Shown piece by piece: positions 31,416-32,000 of a DNA stretch of 32,000 bases. A program made the translations under genes and the position numbers. The stretch spans positions 240,001 to 272,000 of the forward strand of contig OY969114.1 of assembly GCA_963698035.1 (NCBI GenBank), in the 5' to 3' direction. Origin of the DNA: Candidatus Saccharimonadota bacterium (lineage in GTDB: Archaea > Micrarchaeota > Micrarchaeia > Micrarchaeales > Micrarchaeaceae). Position 1 is the first letter of the stretch; every line of letters begins with the position of its first letter. The notes under the pieces were generated by a model. The model did no database searches and was not told the origin of the DNA. It worked only from the letters and a program-made list of their open reading frames with translations.

Positions 31416-31790
31416 TTAGCGCCTTCGTTTTGGCTTGCCCATTTTCCTAGATTTCTTCGCCTTCCTCTTCCTAATTGGTTTATGCCTTCTTGCAGGCTTT
31501 GCCTTCCGCTTTCTAGGCGGACTTCTTGCTGCCCTTTTAGGGGTGCGCGCCTGCGTAGTGGAATACGCAGTCATTCTCTCAACTGTTTGGATGTCCTTTC
31601 CGCGCTCGATGTTTATCTTGCTTAGCATATCGTCGACTACGCTGTCGCTGACCGTCTCCGAGTCCCTTGCAGAATTAGAGAGGAGCGCATTTTCCATGTC
31701 GCTCGTCTTCATCATCTCATTGAGCGACCCGAGCATCTTTATTCTCTCCACTTCGCCTGAGTACTTGCCGTGCCCTCTCTTTTTTGCCAT
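31416..31790 (-). CDS. Hypothetical protein with an extremely basic Lys/Arg/Pro-rich C-terminal tail
   Basis: 124 aa. The N-terminal ~75 aa are acidic/neutral. The last ~45 aa are TPKRAARSPPRKRKAKPARRHKPIRKRKAKKSRKMGKPKRRR. I recognise no family. Confidence 0.55.
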   Translation of the reverse strand: MAKKRGHGKYSGEVERIKMLGSLNEMMKTSDMENALLSNSARDSETVSDSVVDDMLSKINIERGKDIQTVERMTAYSTTQARTPKRAARSPPRKRKAKPARRHKPIRKRKAKKSRKMGKPKRRR

Positions 31791-31871
31791 TGGTTTAACC
31801 CCACATTTTGCAATCTTCGTAATTGAGGTTATTTATTACTTTCGTAGGTGGGCTGCTTGCAGGGTCAAGAA

Positions 31872-32000
31872 TCAGATATCGAACTCCTCGGTCAGCATCG
31901 GCACTCTTGCATTGTACTTCTTGGAGGCGTATTCCCTGAAATCCCTTGATTTCGTTATCTCGCCGTGCACTATGAAAACGTTCTGCAGCCCCTTTACCTT
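31872..32000 (-). CDS. C-terminal end of a metallo-beta-lactamase/beta-CASP-type ribonuclease (partial; N-terminus off the right edge)
   Basis: Manual translation of the minus strand gives ..KVKGLQNVFIVHGEITKSRDFREYASKKYNARVPMLTEEFDI*. The ..V.HGE.. histidine motif near the C-terminus is typical of beta-CASP RNases (aCPSF/RNase J-like). Only 42 codons are visible. Confidence 0.4.
   Translation of the reverse strand, partial: KVKGLQNVFIVHGEITKSRDFREYASKKYNARVPMLTEEFDI

Noticed and set aside
1-32000. Searched for CRISPR arrays, transposase or integrase genes, 16S/5S rRNA and long tandem repeats
   Set aside because: I saw no regularly spaced direct repeats, no recognisable transposase or integrase ORFs, and no other rRNA-like sequence on either strand.

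Overview
This is an archaeal chromosomal window. Archaeal markers include PriS primase, Pelota, Cgi121, Pth2, NAC, a short XPF, TruD, an intron-containing tRNA, and TATA-like A/T boxes about 25-40 nt upstream of many ATGs. Lineage is uncertain. The compact gene packing, divergent rRNA and unlinked 23S fit a small-genome archaeon (DPANN-like or Thermoplasmata-like), but I cannot verify that without a search. Positions 1-24195 are a tightly packed housekeeping core: four ATGA start/stop overlaps, and convergent genes that abut or overlap at their stop codons. The core also holds an isolated 23S rRNA gene (minus strand, about 10346-13214) bracketed by a 10-nt processing-stem inverted repeat. No 16S or 5S is nearby, and the universally conserved sarcin-ricin 12-mer carries an apparent base change. 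The core also contains a tRNA-Ser(CGA) with a ~43-nt intron, a processive family-2 glycosyltransferase, a very large sequon-rich membrane protein, and an ABC/FtsX module enclosing a surface glycoprotein. From about 24.2 kb to tRNA-Ala(UGC) at 31153-31224 the sequence is visibly more AT-rich and looks accessory. It holds a decayed glutamine-amidotransferase pseudogene, about 760 bp of apparently decayed non-coding DNA, and an unusual 500-aa tandem Lrp/AsnC-like regulator. It also holds a translationally coupled three-gene operon: a fused transketolase-family enzyme, a tandem triphosphate-tunnel (VTC-like + CYTH) protein, and a small alpha/beta hydrolase. I know of no described pathway for that operon, and it is my best candidate for an undescribed system. 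All calls rest on reading the translations and sequence by eye. RNA ends are approximate (about +/-10 nt), several CDS starts are ambiguous, and no database search was possible.
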